Positions 8,528-18,827 of a stretch of 64,000 bases of DNA are shown piece by piece (position 1 is the stretch's first letter; every line of letters begins with the position of its first letter). Both the position numbers and the translations under genes were made by a program. The stretch covers positions 4,972 to 68,971 of the forward strand of contig JAZRHM010000029.1 of NCBI GenBank assembly GCA_045644765.1, given 5' to 3'. This stretch comes from Alphaproteobacteria bacterium. Its GTDB lineage: Bacteria; Pseudomonadota; Alphaproteobacteria; RF32; CAG-239. A model generated the notes under the pieces. It was given only the letters and a program-made list of their open reading frames with translations. It was not told the DNA's origin and did not search any database.

Positions 8528-8965
8528 ATGGCTAAGTCTAAAAAGAAAATTTTAGGTTTAATCAAGCTTCAAATTGCCGCTGGAAAAGCTAACCCTTCTC
8601 CTCCGGTTGGTCCTGCTTTGGGTCAAAAAGGCTTGAATATTATGGAATTCTGCAAAGCATTTAATGCTGCAACTCAAAAAATGGAACCAGGTATTCCTGT
8701 ACCTGTTATCATTACGGCTTATGAAGATAAAAGCTTTACTTTTATCACAAAGCTTCCTCCTGTTGCTTACTTTATTAAGAAAGCTGCAGGTGTGCAGTCT
8801 GCTTCCAAAGAACCTGGAAAATCTTATGCCGGCCAAATTACTCTTGCTCAAGTAAAAGAAATTGCTCAAACTAAATTACCTGACTTAAACTGTTCAACAG
8901 TAGAATCTGCTATGAATATGGTTAAAGGTCAGGCTGTTTCTATGGGTATTAAGGTAGTGGAGTAA
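8528..8965 (+). CDS. rplK: 50S ribosomal protein L11
   Basis: [47 protein letters not shown] canonical L11. Confidence 0.95.
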   Translation: MAKSKKKILGLIKLQIAAGKANPSPPVGPALGQKGLNIMEFCKAFNAATQKMEPGIPVPVIITAYEDKSFTFITKLPPVAYFIKKAAGVQSASKEPGKSYAGQITLAQVKEIAQTKLPDLNCSTVESAMNMVKGQAVSMGIKVVE

Positions 8966-8969
8966 GACG

Positions 8970-9653
8970 ATGGCAGGAAAAAGAATTGTAAACGCATATA
9001 AAAATCTTGATAAAAATCAAGCATATGCTTTAAAAGAAGCTGTAAGAATCGTTAAAGAAAACGCTACAGCAAAATTTGATGAAACAATTGATTTGGCAAT
9101 CAACTTAGGTGTTGATCCTAAGCATGCTGATCAAATGGTTAGAGGTGTTTGCCCACTTCCTCACGGAAATGGTAAAAAAGTTCGTGTGGCTGTTTTTGCT
9201 CAAGGTGAAAAAGCTGATGAAGCAAAAGCTGCAGGTGCTGATATTGTTGGCGCTGAAAACCTTGTTGATTCTATTTTGTCAGGCAAAATTGACTTCGACC
9301 GTTGTATTGCTACACCTGATATGATGGGTATGGCTGGTCGTGTTGCTCGTGTTTTAGGTCCTAAAGGCTTAATGCCAAACCCGAAACTCGGCACAGTTAC
9401 AGTTGATGTCGCTACAGCTGTTGCTAAGGCTAAAGCCGGTGAAGTTCAATATCGTGTTGAAAAGAATGGTATTGTTCATGCCGGTGTTGCTAAAGCATCA
9501 TTTAGCGAAGACAAAATTTATGACAATGCCAAAGCATTTATTGAAGCTATTATCAAAGCTAAACCGCAAACCGTTAAAGGAACATATATGAAAAAAGTTT
9601 CTATAAGTTCTACAATGGGTGTTGGTGTTAAAGTTGATACATCAGCTCTCTAA
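8970..9653 (+). CDS. rplA: 50S ribosomal protein L1
   Basis: Canonical L1 sequence, follows rplK by 4 nt. Confidence 0.95.
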   Translation: MAGKRIVNAYKNLDKNQAYALKEAVRIVKENATAKFDETIDLAINLGVDPKHADQMVRGVCPLPHGNGKKVRVAVFAQGEKADEAKAAGADIVGAENLVDSILSGKIDFDRCIATPDMMGMAGRVARVLGPKGLMPNPKLGTVTVDVATAVAKAKAGEVQYRVEKNGIVHAGVAKASFSEDKIYDNAKAFIEAIIKAKPQTVKGTYMKKVSISSTMGVGVKVDTSAL

Positions 9654-9669
9654 TAAACAAGGCTTTATA

Positions 9670-9706
9670 AAAAAAATCTCCGATAATTTTATCGGAGATT
9701 TTTTCA
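9670..9706. terminator. Bidirectional terminator (atctccgataattttatcggagat + T-run)
   Basis: Hairpin between convergent rplA and tatA-like gene. Confidence 0.6.
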
Positions 9707-9726
9707 TATAAAATGTATATGATGTA

Positions 9727-9948
9727 CTATTCTTTTGTTTCTTCTTCTGTTGCAGATGATTTTGATTCTGCTTTTTTTGTTTTTGCTTCTTTTACTTGAG
9801 CAAGTTTTTCTTGAGCTTTTTGTTGACCTTTTTTAACAGCTTCAACGCCTTCTTTTGTTTTAGCTTCAATAGCTTTTTTCAAATCAGGTAATTTATCGGC
9901 ATTAAAAATGGCAACGACTAAGATAATTACTAATAACCAACTAAACAT
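9727..9948 (-). CDS. Small membrane protein, TatA/TatE-like (N-terminal TM helix + FNADKLPDL hinge, Lys/Glu-rich tail)
   Basis: TM helix + xxKLPxL motif typical of TatA family; weak. Confidence 0.4.
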   Translation of the reverse strand: MFSWLLVIILVVAIFNADKLPDLKKAIEAKTKEGVEAVKKGQQKAQEKLAQVKEAKTKKAESKSSATEEETKE

Positions 9949-9958
9949 TTTTATCTCC

Positions 9959-11008
9959 TTATTGCTGATTCAACACTTTTATAGCATCGTAGTTGATAGG
10001 TTCTTCAGTAAAATTACTTGTTTCACTATAATATGCTTTTATTTCTTTATCAAGTACAATTGTTTCTTTTTTATTAGAAATTATTTGTTTTATTGTTTTA
10101 AAACGCTCTAAAGAAGTATCATTCAGATAGCGCCCGTTAACACAAATAGATTCTATTATTGCTGCATCGCCCATACAATAACATACAGCATCACATCCTG
10201 CATCCCATGCAGCAATGGCATTGTCAGTAATGTTTCCTTTTAAGGCATGCATTTCAAGAGCATCTGAAATAAGAAAACCGTTAAAGCCGATTATGCCTCT
10301 TATTACATAATCAATTCCTTTTTTAGATATTGTTATCGGATTTTTATCATCAATCTGTGGTAATACAATGTGTGCAGTCATGCCGGCAGGCATATTATTT
10401 AGGTTTTTGAAAGGATAAAAATCATTTTCAAGTTCTTGTAAAGAACAGTTAATAACCGGTGTCATGGCGTGAGGATCATTCAAAGCTTTACCATGTCCGG
10501 GAAAATGTTTCATACAAGGACATATTCCTTCATTGATATATGTTTGGCACAAAATTTTTCCATGTTTTGTAATTTTTTCTTTATCTTTGCCAAAGCATCT
10601 GTTTTTTAAAGCAATTGTAATTTTCTTATAATCGGTGTCAAGTACGGGGGCAAGATTAAAATTTGCACCTACTTTTTTCATATTTGATGAAATTATTTTT
10701 CCGTGTAATGAGGTTGTATTTAGATTATCGACTAATCCTAATATATTTTGAGATACACATTGTGTTAAGCCGATGTCTTTAAGGCTTCCAACTCTTCCGC
10801 CCTCTTCATCTAAAGATATTAAGACATCATCACGACCAATGGCTTCTTTTATTGATTTTATTAATGATGATAATTGCTCTTGGGAAGACGCATTTCTATT
10901 AAGAAGAACAACACCTACAGGGTTATATTTTTCAAATAAATACTTCTCTTGATCGCTTAAAGTAAGTGATTTAACAGATAAAAGAGCTGATAGAATCGGT
11001 TTTTCCAT
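9959..11008 (-). CDS. nagZ: Beta-N-acetylhexosaminidase (GH3, NagZ)
   Basis: KHFPGHG motif and overall GH3 NagZ layout. Confidence 0.8.
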   Translation of the reverse strand: MEKPILSALLSVKSLTLSDQEKYLFEKYNPVGVVLLNRNASSQEQLSSLIKSIKEAIGRDDVLISLDEEGGRVGSLKDIGLTQCVSQNILGLVDNLNTTSLHGKIISSNMKKVGANFNLAPVLDTDYKKITIALKNRCFGKDKEKITKHGKILCQTYINEGICPCMKHFPGHGKALNDPHAMTPVINCSLQELENDFYPFKNLNNMPAGMTAHIVLPQIDDKNPITISKKGIDYVIRGIIGFNGFLISDALEMHALKGNITDNAIAAWDAGCDAVCYCMGDAAIIESICVNGRYLNDTSLERFKTIKQIISNKKETIVLDKEIKAYYSETSNFTEEPINYDAIKVLNQQ

Positions 11009-11020
11009 ATGAAAAATTCC

Positions 11021-11929
11021 CTATTTTTGTTTAGTTATACAATTAAGTCCTTCTTTTTTAAGATTATTGCAAAATTTATCAGCTTCTTCCTTTGAGTTAA
11101 AGTTTCCGGTTTTTAAACGATAGATTGACGAACCTTTATCATTTGTTATCGACTCGATGTTATGAGATAAATTTTGTAAGCTTTTATGCTTTTTGCTTAA
11201 ATCAATCCAACCTTTGTTAATGGCATCAATATTTGATGATGCCATAAGCTGAATTTGCCAGTTTCCTGTCGGTATAGTTTCTTTTATTGGTTCTGATTTC
11301 TTAATTTCCGTAGTTGTAATTTCTTTTTTATTTACTTCTTGTGTTTTAGTAGGTTCAACAGTTTTAGGTTCAATTTTTATATTCGGTTTTTGTGGAATTT
11401 CAATTTTTTTAGCTTCTGTTGTTTCAACGGTTTCAATCAGTTCTTCAAGATTTTTTATCGGTAAAACATCTTGCTTTTCTTGAATTGTTTCTTCTTCATG
11501 TATTTCTGGTTCTGTTTTTACTTCAGGTTCCGGAACAATTTCAGGAAGCTTGGGTTTTTCGGGAGCCGGTAAAATACTCTCTATTTTTACAGTGTCAGCT
11601 TCTTGCTTTTCTACCAATGCATATATGGATTTATCCTGATTCTGAATTTGCATTCCTTGAGGATTGCTTGGATGAATTTTAACCGGATTTGTTGGGCGAC
11701 GAATAACAGGTATTTCTACGTTTTTATCTTCATTAAAACGAGGAATAAGTAAAAGCCAACTGACAATTCCAGCTAAAGCAATACCGGCAATGGTTCCTAT
11801 AAAACCATTACGTGAACGTTGTAACTCTTGTTTTCTGGCCTGTAGCTCTGCTTGTCTTTCAGATGCTATTTTTTGTCTGAACTCGCTTAAATAGTCATCA
11901 TCTTTATTGCCATAAAATTCTTTGAACAT
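11021..11929 (-). CDS. SPOR-domain protein (N-terminal TM anchor, Pro/Glu/Lys-rich linker, C-terminal SPOR)
   Basis: C-terminal WQIQLMASSNIDAINKGW...YRLKTGNFNSKEEADKFCNNLKKEG SPOR-like. Confidence 0.65.
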   Translation of the reverse strand: MFKEFYGNKDDDYLSEFRQKIASERQAELQARKQELQRSRNGFIGTIAGIALAGIVSWLLLIPRFNEDKNVEIPVIRRPTNPVKIHPSNPQGMQIQNQDKSIYALVEKQEADTVKIESILPAPEKPKLPEIVPEPEVKTEPEIHEEETIQEKQDVLPIKNLEELIETVETTEAKKIEIPQKPNIKIEPKTVEPTKTQEVNKKEITTTEIKKSEPIKETIPTGNWQIQLMASSNIDAINKGWIDLSKKHKSLQNLSHNIESITNDKGSSIYRLKTGNFNSKEEADKFCNNLKKEGLNCITKQK

Positions 11930-12057
11930 ATCCTATGCCTTTTGTTTATTGTATATTGATATTAAAATAAAATAAAAAACTTTATAATCAATTAACATCT
12001 GACTTGCAAAAATATAAAAATTTAAGTACTCTTAAGATAATTACATGGGAGTAAAAT

Positions 12058-12852
12058 ATGATAATTTCAACATATAATATAAATTCTATAAATGCCAGGT
12101 TGCCGATGTTTTTAGAATGGCTTGATAAGAATTCTCCTGATATAGTTTTATTACAAGAGTTAAAATCTGATTTTAATTCGTTTCCGTTTTTTGATATAAA
12201 ATCAGCAGGATATGATGTAAAAATTGTTGGGCAGAAGAGTTATAACGGTGTTGGTATAGTAAGCCGATATAAACTTAATGTTATACATGAAAAGCTTCCG
12301 GGATTTGATGACGAAAATGCACGTTATTTAGAAGCAGTAGCTGATGTTAAAGGGCAAAAGATAAGAATAATCAGTGTATATATGCCGAATGGTAATCCCC
12401 CATATAATAATTTTAACGATACCTCAAGATTTGAATACAAGCTCCACTTTATGGATGCTTTTTATAAGCATATGTCAAAACTCTTATTAACCGATGAGCC
12501 TATTGTTATAGGTGGCGATTTTAATGTGATTTTAACTCCTAACGATGTATATAATCCTGAACTGTTTATTAATAATGCCTTATACAAAGAAAGTGTTAAA
12601 CAACGGTTGAGAGCTTTGATGCATTTAGGTTTTTATGATGCGTTCAGGACACTATATCCAAAAGATAATGGTTATACCTATTGGGATTATGCGCAAAGGG
12701 CGTTTGAGCAAGATTTTGGTTTGAGGATAGATTATTTATTTTTATCTGCCCGAATGGTTGATAAATTGAAAGATTGTTATGTTGATAAAACATTGAGAAT
12801 CGCAGAAAAACCTTCCGATCATACGCCGCTTACAGCAAAATTTTATTTTTAA
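12058..12852 (+). CDS. xth: Exodeoxyribonuclease III (AP endonuclease)
   Basis: MIISTYNINSINARLPMFLEWLDKNSPDIVLLQELK canonical Xth N-terminus. Confidence 0.9.
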   Translation: MIISTYNINSINARLPMFLEWLDKNSPDIVLLQELKSDFNSFPFFDIKSAGYDVKIVGQKSYNGVGIVSRYKLNVIHEKLPGFDDENARYLEAVADVKGQKIRIISVYMPNGNPPYNNFNDTSRFEYKLHFMDAFYKHMSKLLLTDEPIVIGGDFNVILTPNDVYNPELFINNALYKESVKQRLRALMHLGFYDAFRTLYPKDNGYTYWDYAQRAFEQDFGLRIDYLFLSARMVDKLKDCYVDKTLRIAEKPSDHTPLTAKFYF

Positions 12853-12865
12853 TGGGGAATAAATT

Positions 12866-13945
12866 TTGAAAAAGTATTTTTTATTTTTATTTTTTTTATT
12901 TTATACGTTTCCTTGTTTTTCACAAACGGATATAATATCTGATGTGTTTGTAACAATAAATTCTGATTATATAAATGCAGTTGATAATAAGGAAATTATG
13001 TTTAAGGGACTTAAAGCTCTCATAAAAATTGATAATACCATACAATTTAAGCAAACAAATGAAAAGGTTTTTATGTATCACTCATCTAAAATGGTTGGGG
13101 CATTTGTGTTTCCTGAAATATCAGATTTGCCTAATACATGGTCAGATTTTACAAAAAACATAATTAATAAGGCAATAGAAGTTTCTCCTAAAATTGAACT
13201 TATAGATTTTGAAATTCCTGATAGGTTTGCACAAGAAATCTTTGACGGTCTTGATGGGTACTCTCATTATTATAGCTCATTTTCTGATCAGGCAGATAAA
13301 CCACATGTTATAAAACGCAATTTTGCATCAAGGATTGTAGCCGATGATTTATTATTAATTAAAATTCTGACTTTTAAGAAAGATGTTCATCAACAAGTGA
13401 AAAACGCTATAGATGAGTGTTCTAAATGTAAAGGTCTTATACTCGATTTAAGAGGTAATCATGGCGGTTTGTTAGATGAGGCTCTGAAAATAACAGATAT
13501 GTTTTTAGATGAGGGGATAGTAACGTATACGCTTTCCAAAGATAATGCTGAACCTAAATTTTATACTGCCGGAGAAGGGGATATATTGAAAAATAAACCA
13601 ATGGTTGTGTTAGTTGATGGTTTTAGTGCTTCTGCATCTGAAATTTTAGCTGCAGCTTTGAGTGAACAGAACAGGGCCGTGTTAGTAGGTACAAAAACCT
13701 ACGGAAAAGGAACTGTTCAGGAGGTTTCTAAAAATAATAATGGAGCAGCAATAGCATTAACAACTTCGTACTTTTACACTCCGGGAGGGAACATAATAGA
13801 TAAAAAGGGGATTATGCCTGCAATTTGCACCGGAGGCCTTAAATCAGGTTATGCTGTAACTGATGGAGAGTGTGAGCGTCAAGACAGATTTACGAATGAA
13901 GCAGATGTTGAAATTGCCGCAAAATTTATCAAAAATGAGCTATAA
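12866..13945 (+). CDS. S41 family (C-terminal processing) peptidase-like protein with signal peptide (TTG start)
   Basis: VVLVDGFSASASEILAAAL...GTKTYGKGTVQ S41 catalytic-region motif. Confidence 0.6.
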   Translation: MKKYFLFLFFLFYTFPCFSQTDIISDVFVTINSDYINAVDNKEIMFKGLKALIKIDNTIQFKQTNEKVFMYHSSKMVGAFVFPEISDLPNTWSDFTKNIINKAIEVSPKIELIDFEIPDRFAQEIFDGLDGYSHYYSSFSDQADKPHVIKRNFASRIVADDLLLIKILTFKKDVHQQVKNAIDECSKCKGLILDLRGNHGGLLDEALKITDMFLDEGIVTYTLSKDNAEPKFYTAGEGDILKNKPMVVLVDGFSASASEILAAALSEQNRAVLVGTKTYGKGTVQEVSKNNNGAAIALTTSYFYTPGGNIIDKKGIMPAICTGGLKSGYAVTDGECERQDRFTNEADVEIAAKFIKNEL

Positions 13946-14001
13946 AAAGTTTATATAAAACAAAGAAAATTAAAAAAAACAAATAAAATGAAAAATTGTT
14001 A

Positions 14002-14030
14002 TTGACAAGGCATGTGAAAAAATGTATATA
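14002..14030 (+). promoter_or_regulatory. Consensus sigma70 promoter TTGACA-N17-TATATA for rpmG
   Basis: Read directly. Confidence 0.55.
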
Positions 14031-14076
14031 ACGCCTAAATGTTTTAATTTGTAACCTTAATTTAAAGAGTAAAAAA

Positions 14077-14244
14077 ATGGCAAAAGCAGTAAAAGTAAAA
14101 GTAAAATTGGAAAGCAGTGCCGGCACAGGTACATTTTATCTTGCTGAAAAGAACCCAAGAACTCATCCTGAAAAATTGGTTTTGAAAAAATATGATAAAA
14201 AATCAAAAAAACATGAAGAGTTCGTTGAAAAGAAATTAAAGTAA
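14077..14244 (+). CDS. rpmG: 50S ribosomal protein L33 (55 aa; below ORF-track cutoff)
   Basis: MAKAVKVKVKLESSAGTGTFYLAEKNPRTHPEKLVLKKYD... L33 pattern; manual translation. Confidence 0.8.
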   Translation: MAKAVKVKVKLESSAGTGTFYLAEKNPRTHPEKLVLKKYDKKSKKHEEFVEKKLK

Positions 14245-14297
14245 GTTCTTTTTATGATAAGTTGATGTAAGGTGTAACAGGTGTTGCACCTTATTTT

Positions 14298-15266
14298 TTA
14301 TTTATTGGATTTTTGAGAGCCGTACGCTTTATCGTATTCTCTTTTTAGGGTTTCGAATTCTACATTAGTATAACGCTGAGTAGTGTTTAAGGTTTCGTGT
14401 CCCAACAGCTCCTGAATTGAACGTAAGTCGGTGCCTTGAGCTAAAAGATGTGTTGCAAAAGAATGCCTAAGGGCGTGGGGCGTCACAGTATCAGGTAGGC
14501 CCAGCCGGTTCCTTATCTTTTGTAACTGCCTTTGTATGATACGAGGGCTCAATCTGTCACCTCTGGCTCCAATAAAAAGAGCTTCGTTAAGGGAAAAATT
14601 AGGTGAGACAGCTCTAATGTAAGCGTTTATATTTTCTTTGACTATGGGCAATAGGGGAACAAAGCGTTCCTTATTGCCTTTTCCTTTTATTTTGAGAAAA
14701 TTTTCAGCTGTGATGAAATCTTTATAATTTAGGGATAAAGCTTCCGAAATGCGAAGTCCGGCACCATAAAGAAGTGTAAAAACAGCCATATCTCGCAAAC
14801 CTTGCCAGTCGTTTGTGGCAATATTTTTTGCATCTTGAATTATACTAAGCGTGTCATCAACATCAATCGATTTTGGTAGGGTTTTATTGGGTTTAGGAGT
14901 TGAAATTATGCTTATGACACTGTTTTTTAGTATGTGCGCAATATCTAGCCATTTGAAAAAATTTTTAAATGCCGAAATTTCTCTGGCTAAGGAAGATTTT
15001 TCTATGTGCTTATTAGCTCTAGATGTTATAAAAGATCTAAAATCTCTAATATCAAGATTGGATAAAAATTCCAGATTAATAATTTTACCTTTGTCAGAAA
15101 AAAACTTAATAAATATGGCCAAATCTCTGGCATAAGCGCTGACCGTGTTTTCAGAATAGCGCCTTTCGTTTGTTAAATAGCCAATCCAAGAATGTATAAT
15201 ATTAATAACATCTTTTTCAGCTTTATAATCAATTTTGTTTTTCATAAAAAAATTATATGCCTGCAA
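14298..15266 (-). CDS. Tyrosine site-specific recombinase XerC/XerD family
   Basis: C-terminal HALRHSFATHLLAQGTDLRSIQELLGHETLNTTQRYT with catalytic Tyr. Confidence 0.85.
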   Translation of the reverse strand: MQAYNFFMKNKIDYKAEKDVINIIHSWIGYLTNERRYSENTVSAYARDLAIFIKFFSDKGKIINLEFLSNLDIRDFRSFITSRANKHIEKSSLAREISAFKNFFKWLDIAHILKNSVISIISTPKPNKTLPKSIDVDDTLSIIQDAKNIATNDWQGLRDMAVFTLLYGAGLRISEALSLNYKDFITAENFLKIKGKGNKERFVPLLPIVKENINAYIRAVSPNFSLNEALFIGARGDRLSPRIIQRQLQKIRNRLGLPDTVTPHALRHSFATHLLAQGTDLRSIQELLGHETLNTTQRYTNVEFETLKREYDKAYGSQKSNK

Positions 15267-15290
15267 GAGTTAATATTTAGTGTGTGAGAA

Positions 15291-17015
15291 TTATTTTTTT
15301 GCAACAAATAAAACACCTTCCACGGGTAAAGAATCTTCTTGGCGAATATCCAAGTTATATTCGGAAATATCTTTATATCCGTATCTTAGCAAAATTTCTT
15401 TAACATATTTAGGGTTGTGTTGATGTCGTCCGTTATATGATAAGGCATATTCTTTAACATCGGGAGATGCTTTTTCTATATTAAAAATCAGGGTAGGTTT
15501 ATCAAAGTGTTTTATAACATTTTCAATGTCAGGAACATATTCAAAAACATCGGTTGCTATTACAAAGTCAAAAGTACCTTTGTTTTGAGCAGCAAATGTG
15601 GTTATATCCGCATTAATTAATTGATTATATTTATTATTTTGAGCTGCAATATTGAGCATGTTTTGAGAAATATCAACTCCGATAAATGTGTTTTCATCAT
15701 TTGCAAATCTTAGCCCTACTGCTCCCGTGCCACATCCTAAATCTAAAATATTTCCTTTAAGTGATATACCAATTTGTTCAATTTTATCTAGTATGGCATA
15801 TTTTATTTTTTGCATGGTTTCATCATAGGTCGAAGCAAAAGTATCAAACAGTTCTTTAGCATATTTTTGGTTTGTGTTTTCTGCGTTACCCTTAAAAGAG
15901 GTAAGTATATGTTGTGCAAATATGTTATCAGGAGCTGTTTCTTTCCATCGTTGGGCAATTTTTAGGGCTTTATCAGGTTCTTTTTTGTATAACAGAACGA
16001 GTGTTTCTGATATGTTTATCCAAAAATCTTTTTGTTTTTTATCTTTGAGAAAAGCATTCATCAGCAAATCGAGAGCTTGTTCATATTCTTCCAAATCTTT
16101 TAAAATCAGGGCTAAATTATTGCTAAGTTCGGGTAAATCCGGATTGATGATTATTGCTTTACGATATTCTTCAAGAGATTCAACTAAACGTCCTTGTTTA
16201 TGCAATAAGCCGGCATAATGAGCGTGTGCGTCTAAATTGTCAGGTTCTAAATCGAGAGCTTTAAGATATAGTGCTTCACTTTCTTCCAAATCAGCCAACA
16301 TAATTAAGCTTTTAGCATGCTTAGGGTTGAGCTCTAAAGCCAAGTTTAGTGTGTGTTTAGCTTCGTCATATTTTTTAAGTGCCAGATATATTTCAGATTT
16401 TAAAAGTTGTATTTCAAACAGATTGCTCTCTGAGAGATTAATTTCTTCAAGCAGTTGCAAGCTTTTGACATAGTTTTGTTGTTCAAAGTTATGTTTTGCC
16501 AGAGTATATAAAATAAGTGTTGAGGGATAATATTTTTGGTTCAATTTTTCTAATTGTGCAAAATCTTTGTTTAAAAGAGCTAAATTTACCAGTGCGTCAA
16601 TATAATCTTCATCAAGTTTTATGGCATTTTGGTAAAAGATGCCAGCTTGTTGGGGATTATTTAATTTTTCATAAACGGCACCTGCATTGTTATATATTTC
16701 TTTAATGTTAGAATTTAATTCAAGTGCTTTTTTATATGCATCTAAAGCTTGAACATATTTTTCCAAATTTTGGTATGAAACAGCCAAATTAAAGTATAAG
16801 GGCAGGTGCTTTGGAGAATGCTTTAATGCTTGAGAAAAATAAGATACGGCTTGTTGGTGCATATTTTTTGCTTGAGCAGTCAGACCCATCATGTTTAACA
16901 CATCCGGATTTTCCGGAACGGCTTCTAAAATGTGACGATAAAGTTGTTCGGCTTCATCAAGTGAGCCGTTCATGTATAGATTGTTAGCTTTTTGAAACAT
17001 TAAATCGTAAGACAT
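15291..17015 (-). CDS. TPR-repeat protein fused to class I SAM-dependent methyltransferase domain
   Basis: N-terminal TPR repeats; C-terminal ILDLGCGTGAVG SAM motif I. Confidence 0.7.
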   Translation of the reverse strand: MSYDLMFQKANNLYMNGSLDEAEQLYRHILEAVPENPDVLNMMGLTAQAKNMHQQAVSYFSQALKHSPKHLPLYFNLAVSYQNLEKYVQALDAYKKALELNSNIKEIYNNAGAVYEKLNNPQQAGIFYQNAIKLDEDYIDALVNLALLNKDFAQLEKLNQKYYPSTLILYTLAKHNFEQQNYVKSLQLLEEINLSESNLFEIQLLKSEIYLALKKYDEAKHTLNLALELNPKHAKSLIMLADLEESEALYLKALDLEPDNLDAHAHYAGLLHKQGRLVESLEEYRKAIIINPDLPELSNNLALILKDLEEYEQALDLLMNAFLKDKKQKDFWINISETLVLLYKKEPDKALKIAQRWKETAPDNIFAQHILTSFKGNAENTNQKYAKELFDTFASTYDETMQKIKYAILDKIEQIGISLKGNILDLGCGTGAVGLRFANDENTFIGVDISQNMLNIAAQNNKYNQLINADITTFAAQNKGTFDFVIATDVFEYVPDIENVIKHFDKPTLIFNIEKASPDVKEYALSYNGRHQHNPKYVKEILLRYGYKDISEYNLDIRQEDSLPVEGVLFVAKK

Positions 17016-17211
17016 TATTCCTCCACAGACATATTGTATGTTTATTTTTGTGAAAATCCAGTTTTATTTTAAAATTTTGCTTGAAAAATGTTTTTTTTGT
17101 GGTATGTTGGCTTCACTTCCGAGAATGTGGATATTTTATATCCCGTTTTAGGTTTAGCCTAAGACTATCGGGACAATAATGTAATTTAATAATAAAAAAA
17201 GGATTGGTTTA

Positions 17212-17826
17212 ATGAAAAGTATTATTTCTGCAAAGAAAAAAGCAAGCCGCAAATATGTGGTAAATCTTTGGGGTGATGCTAACAGCCCATTTGAAAAAAG
17301 AAGTTATGCTCCTGGTCAACATGGTCAGAGAAGAAAGAAATCTACAGACTATGGTATCCAACTTTCTGCTAAACAAAAGTTGAAAACATACTATGGTAAC
17401 ATTTCTGAAAAACAATTCCACAAATATTATGTTGAAGCAATTCGCAGATCAGGCGATGCTGCTGAAAACTTAATCGGTTTGTTAGAATCTCGTTTAGATA
17501 ACTTGGTATACAAAGCAAAATTTGTTCCTACAGTTTTTGCTGCTCGTCAGTTTGTAAACCACGGTCATGTTACTGTTAACGGTAAAAAAGTAAACATCCC
17601 TTCATATATGCTTAAAGCTGGTGATGTTATTGAAGTTAGAGAAAAATCTAAATCTATGGCGATGGTTCTTGCTTCTGTTGAATCTCAAACAAGAGAAGTT
17701 GCTTCATATTTAGAAGTTGACAACAAAAAATTGTCTGCAAAATATACTTTTGTTCCGAAATATGAAGATGTTCCTTATGCTTGCACAATGGAACCAAACC
17801 TCGTTATCGAGTTCTACTCAAGATAG
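17212..17826 (+). CDS. rpsD: 30S ribosomal protein S4
   Basis: Near-canonical S4 (GQHGQRRKK...[11 protein letters not shown]...[17 protein letters not shown]). Confidence 0.95.
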   Translation: MKSIISAKKKASRKYVVNLWGDANSPFEKRSYAPGQHGQRRKKSTDYGIQLSAKQKLKTYYGNISEKQFHKYYVEAIRRSGDAAENLIGLLESRLDNLVYKAKFVPTVFAARQFVNHGHVTVNGKKVNIPSYMLKAGDVIEVREKSKSMAMVLASVESQTREVASYLEVDNKKLSAKYTFVPKYEDVPYACTMEPNLVIEFYSR

Positions 17827-17842
17827 TATTTCACAAAGTACA

Positions 17843-17873
17843 AAAAAAAGCAGGGTTTTCCCTGCTTTTTTTG
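17843..17873 (+). terminator. Rho-independent terminator after rpsD (gcagggttttccctgc + T7)
   Basis: Read directly. Confidence 0.65.
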
Positions 17874-17937
17874 TGTTATATTTTTAAAGTTGCTGATTAA
17901 GTTTAAGAAAACTAATCTGAAGATGCCTTGTATGATT

Positions 17938-18333
17938 CTAGCCGTAATCAAAGCATAAAGCCGTAGCGTTATAATTAGAACCATAGGTATAATTTATCCA
18001 ACCGTAAGTTGATAAATTATAGTTGAAGTTATAATTTCCGCCTATTTCAACACGCCCTAAAGCGCTGTCTTTATAGGTGTCAATATCTTTCAAACCGCTT
18101 ATAGAAACATTGTCATCTTCTGTTAATGTTTGAATGATGCCCGGTTTAATATATAGTTTAGCGTTCTCAAACCTTCTTTCCAAAGACAAAGCTAACTCAG
18201 CTTCAAGATGTTTGATATCATCCCATTTATAACACCACACTTTACGGTGAAGTAAGCCGTCATACCGGTGGTCGTGAAGGCTGGAATGTAAATCTTGGCT
18301 TGAAACTTGACTTCTAAATAAGAACTCAAACAA
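17938..18333 (-). CDS. Hypothetical protein; Asn/Tyr-rich C-terminus resembling a beta-barrel outer-membrane domain fragment (possible gene remnant)
   Basis: ...GGNYNFNYNLSTYGWINYTYGSNYNAT...; no signal peptide, short. Confidence 0.3.
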   Translation of the reverse strand: MFEFLFRSQVSSQDLHSSLHDHRYDGLLHRKVWCYKWDDIKHLEAELALSLERRFENAKLYIKPGIIQTLTEDDNVSISGLKDIDTYKDSALGRVEIGGNYNFNYNLSTYGWINYTYGSNYNATALCFDYG

Positions 18334-18367
18334 AAAAGGCGAGAATTTCTAGCCTTTTTTGTTGGGG

Positions 18368-18778
18368 TTAATGCTTTTTTTGTGCCGATTGATTGACTAT
18401 GTTAAAAATTTGTTCCGGAGTTAAATCTTCAGATATAAAATTTAACAGATGAAATTCGTCTTTATGTTTAAAATTCCAATCGGTATTGATATAAATGTCA
18501 GGACAATTATCAGTGTTACACAAACTTTCTTCAATGTTCTTAAATGTGTTATCATCAGGGTGTAAAGATTGCGGAATATTGATGATAACAATGTTTGGTT
18601 TCATCTCTTTTGCATATTGTGTTAAAAGATACAAATTGTTGGTTCCGAATACAAAGAAACCGTTACGCCTGAAGTCTGATTCGTAATATTTTAAATCATC
18701 AGGATTTTTTTCGTATATAAATATTTTACCTAAATATGACATAGCTAACCTCGTTTTTGCACAAAAATGTAATAGCAA
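18368..18778 (-). CDS. Degenerate response-regulator receiver-like domain protein (likely start MSYLGKIFIYEKNPDD)
   Basis: IFIYEKNPDD...KPNIVIINIP pattern resembles CheY-like receiver but phospho-Asp context unclear. Confidence 0.35.
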   Translation of the reverse strand: MLLHFCAKTRLAMSYLGKIFIYEKNPDDLKYYESDFRRNGFFVFGTNNLYLLTQYAKEMKPNIVIINIPQSLHPDDNTFKNIEESLCNTDNCPDIYINTDWNFKHKDEFHLLNFISEDLTPEQIFNIVNQSAQKKH

Positions 18779-18827
18779 TTTTTGCTTTTTTAAGAGGTTA
18801 CTTTAGTTTTATATTTAGGTATGCCGG

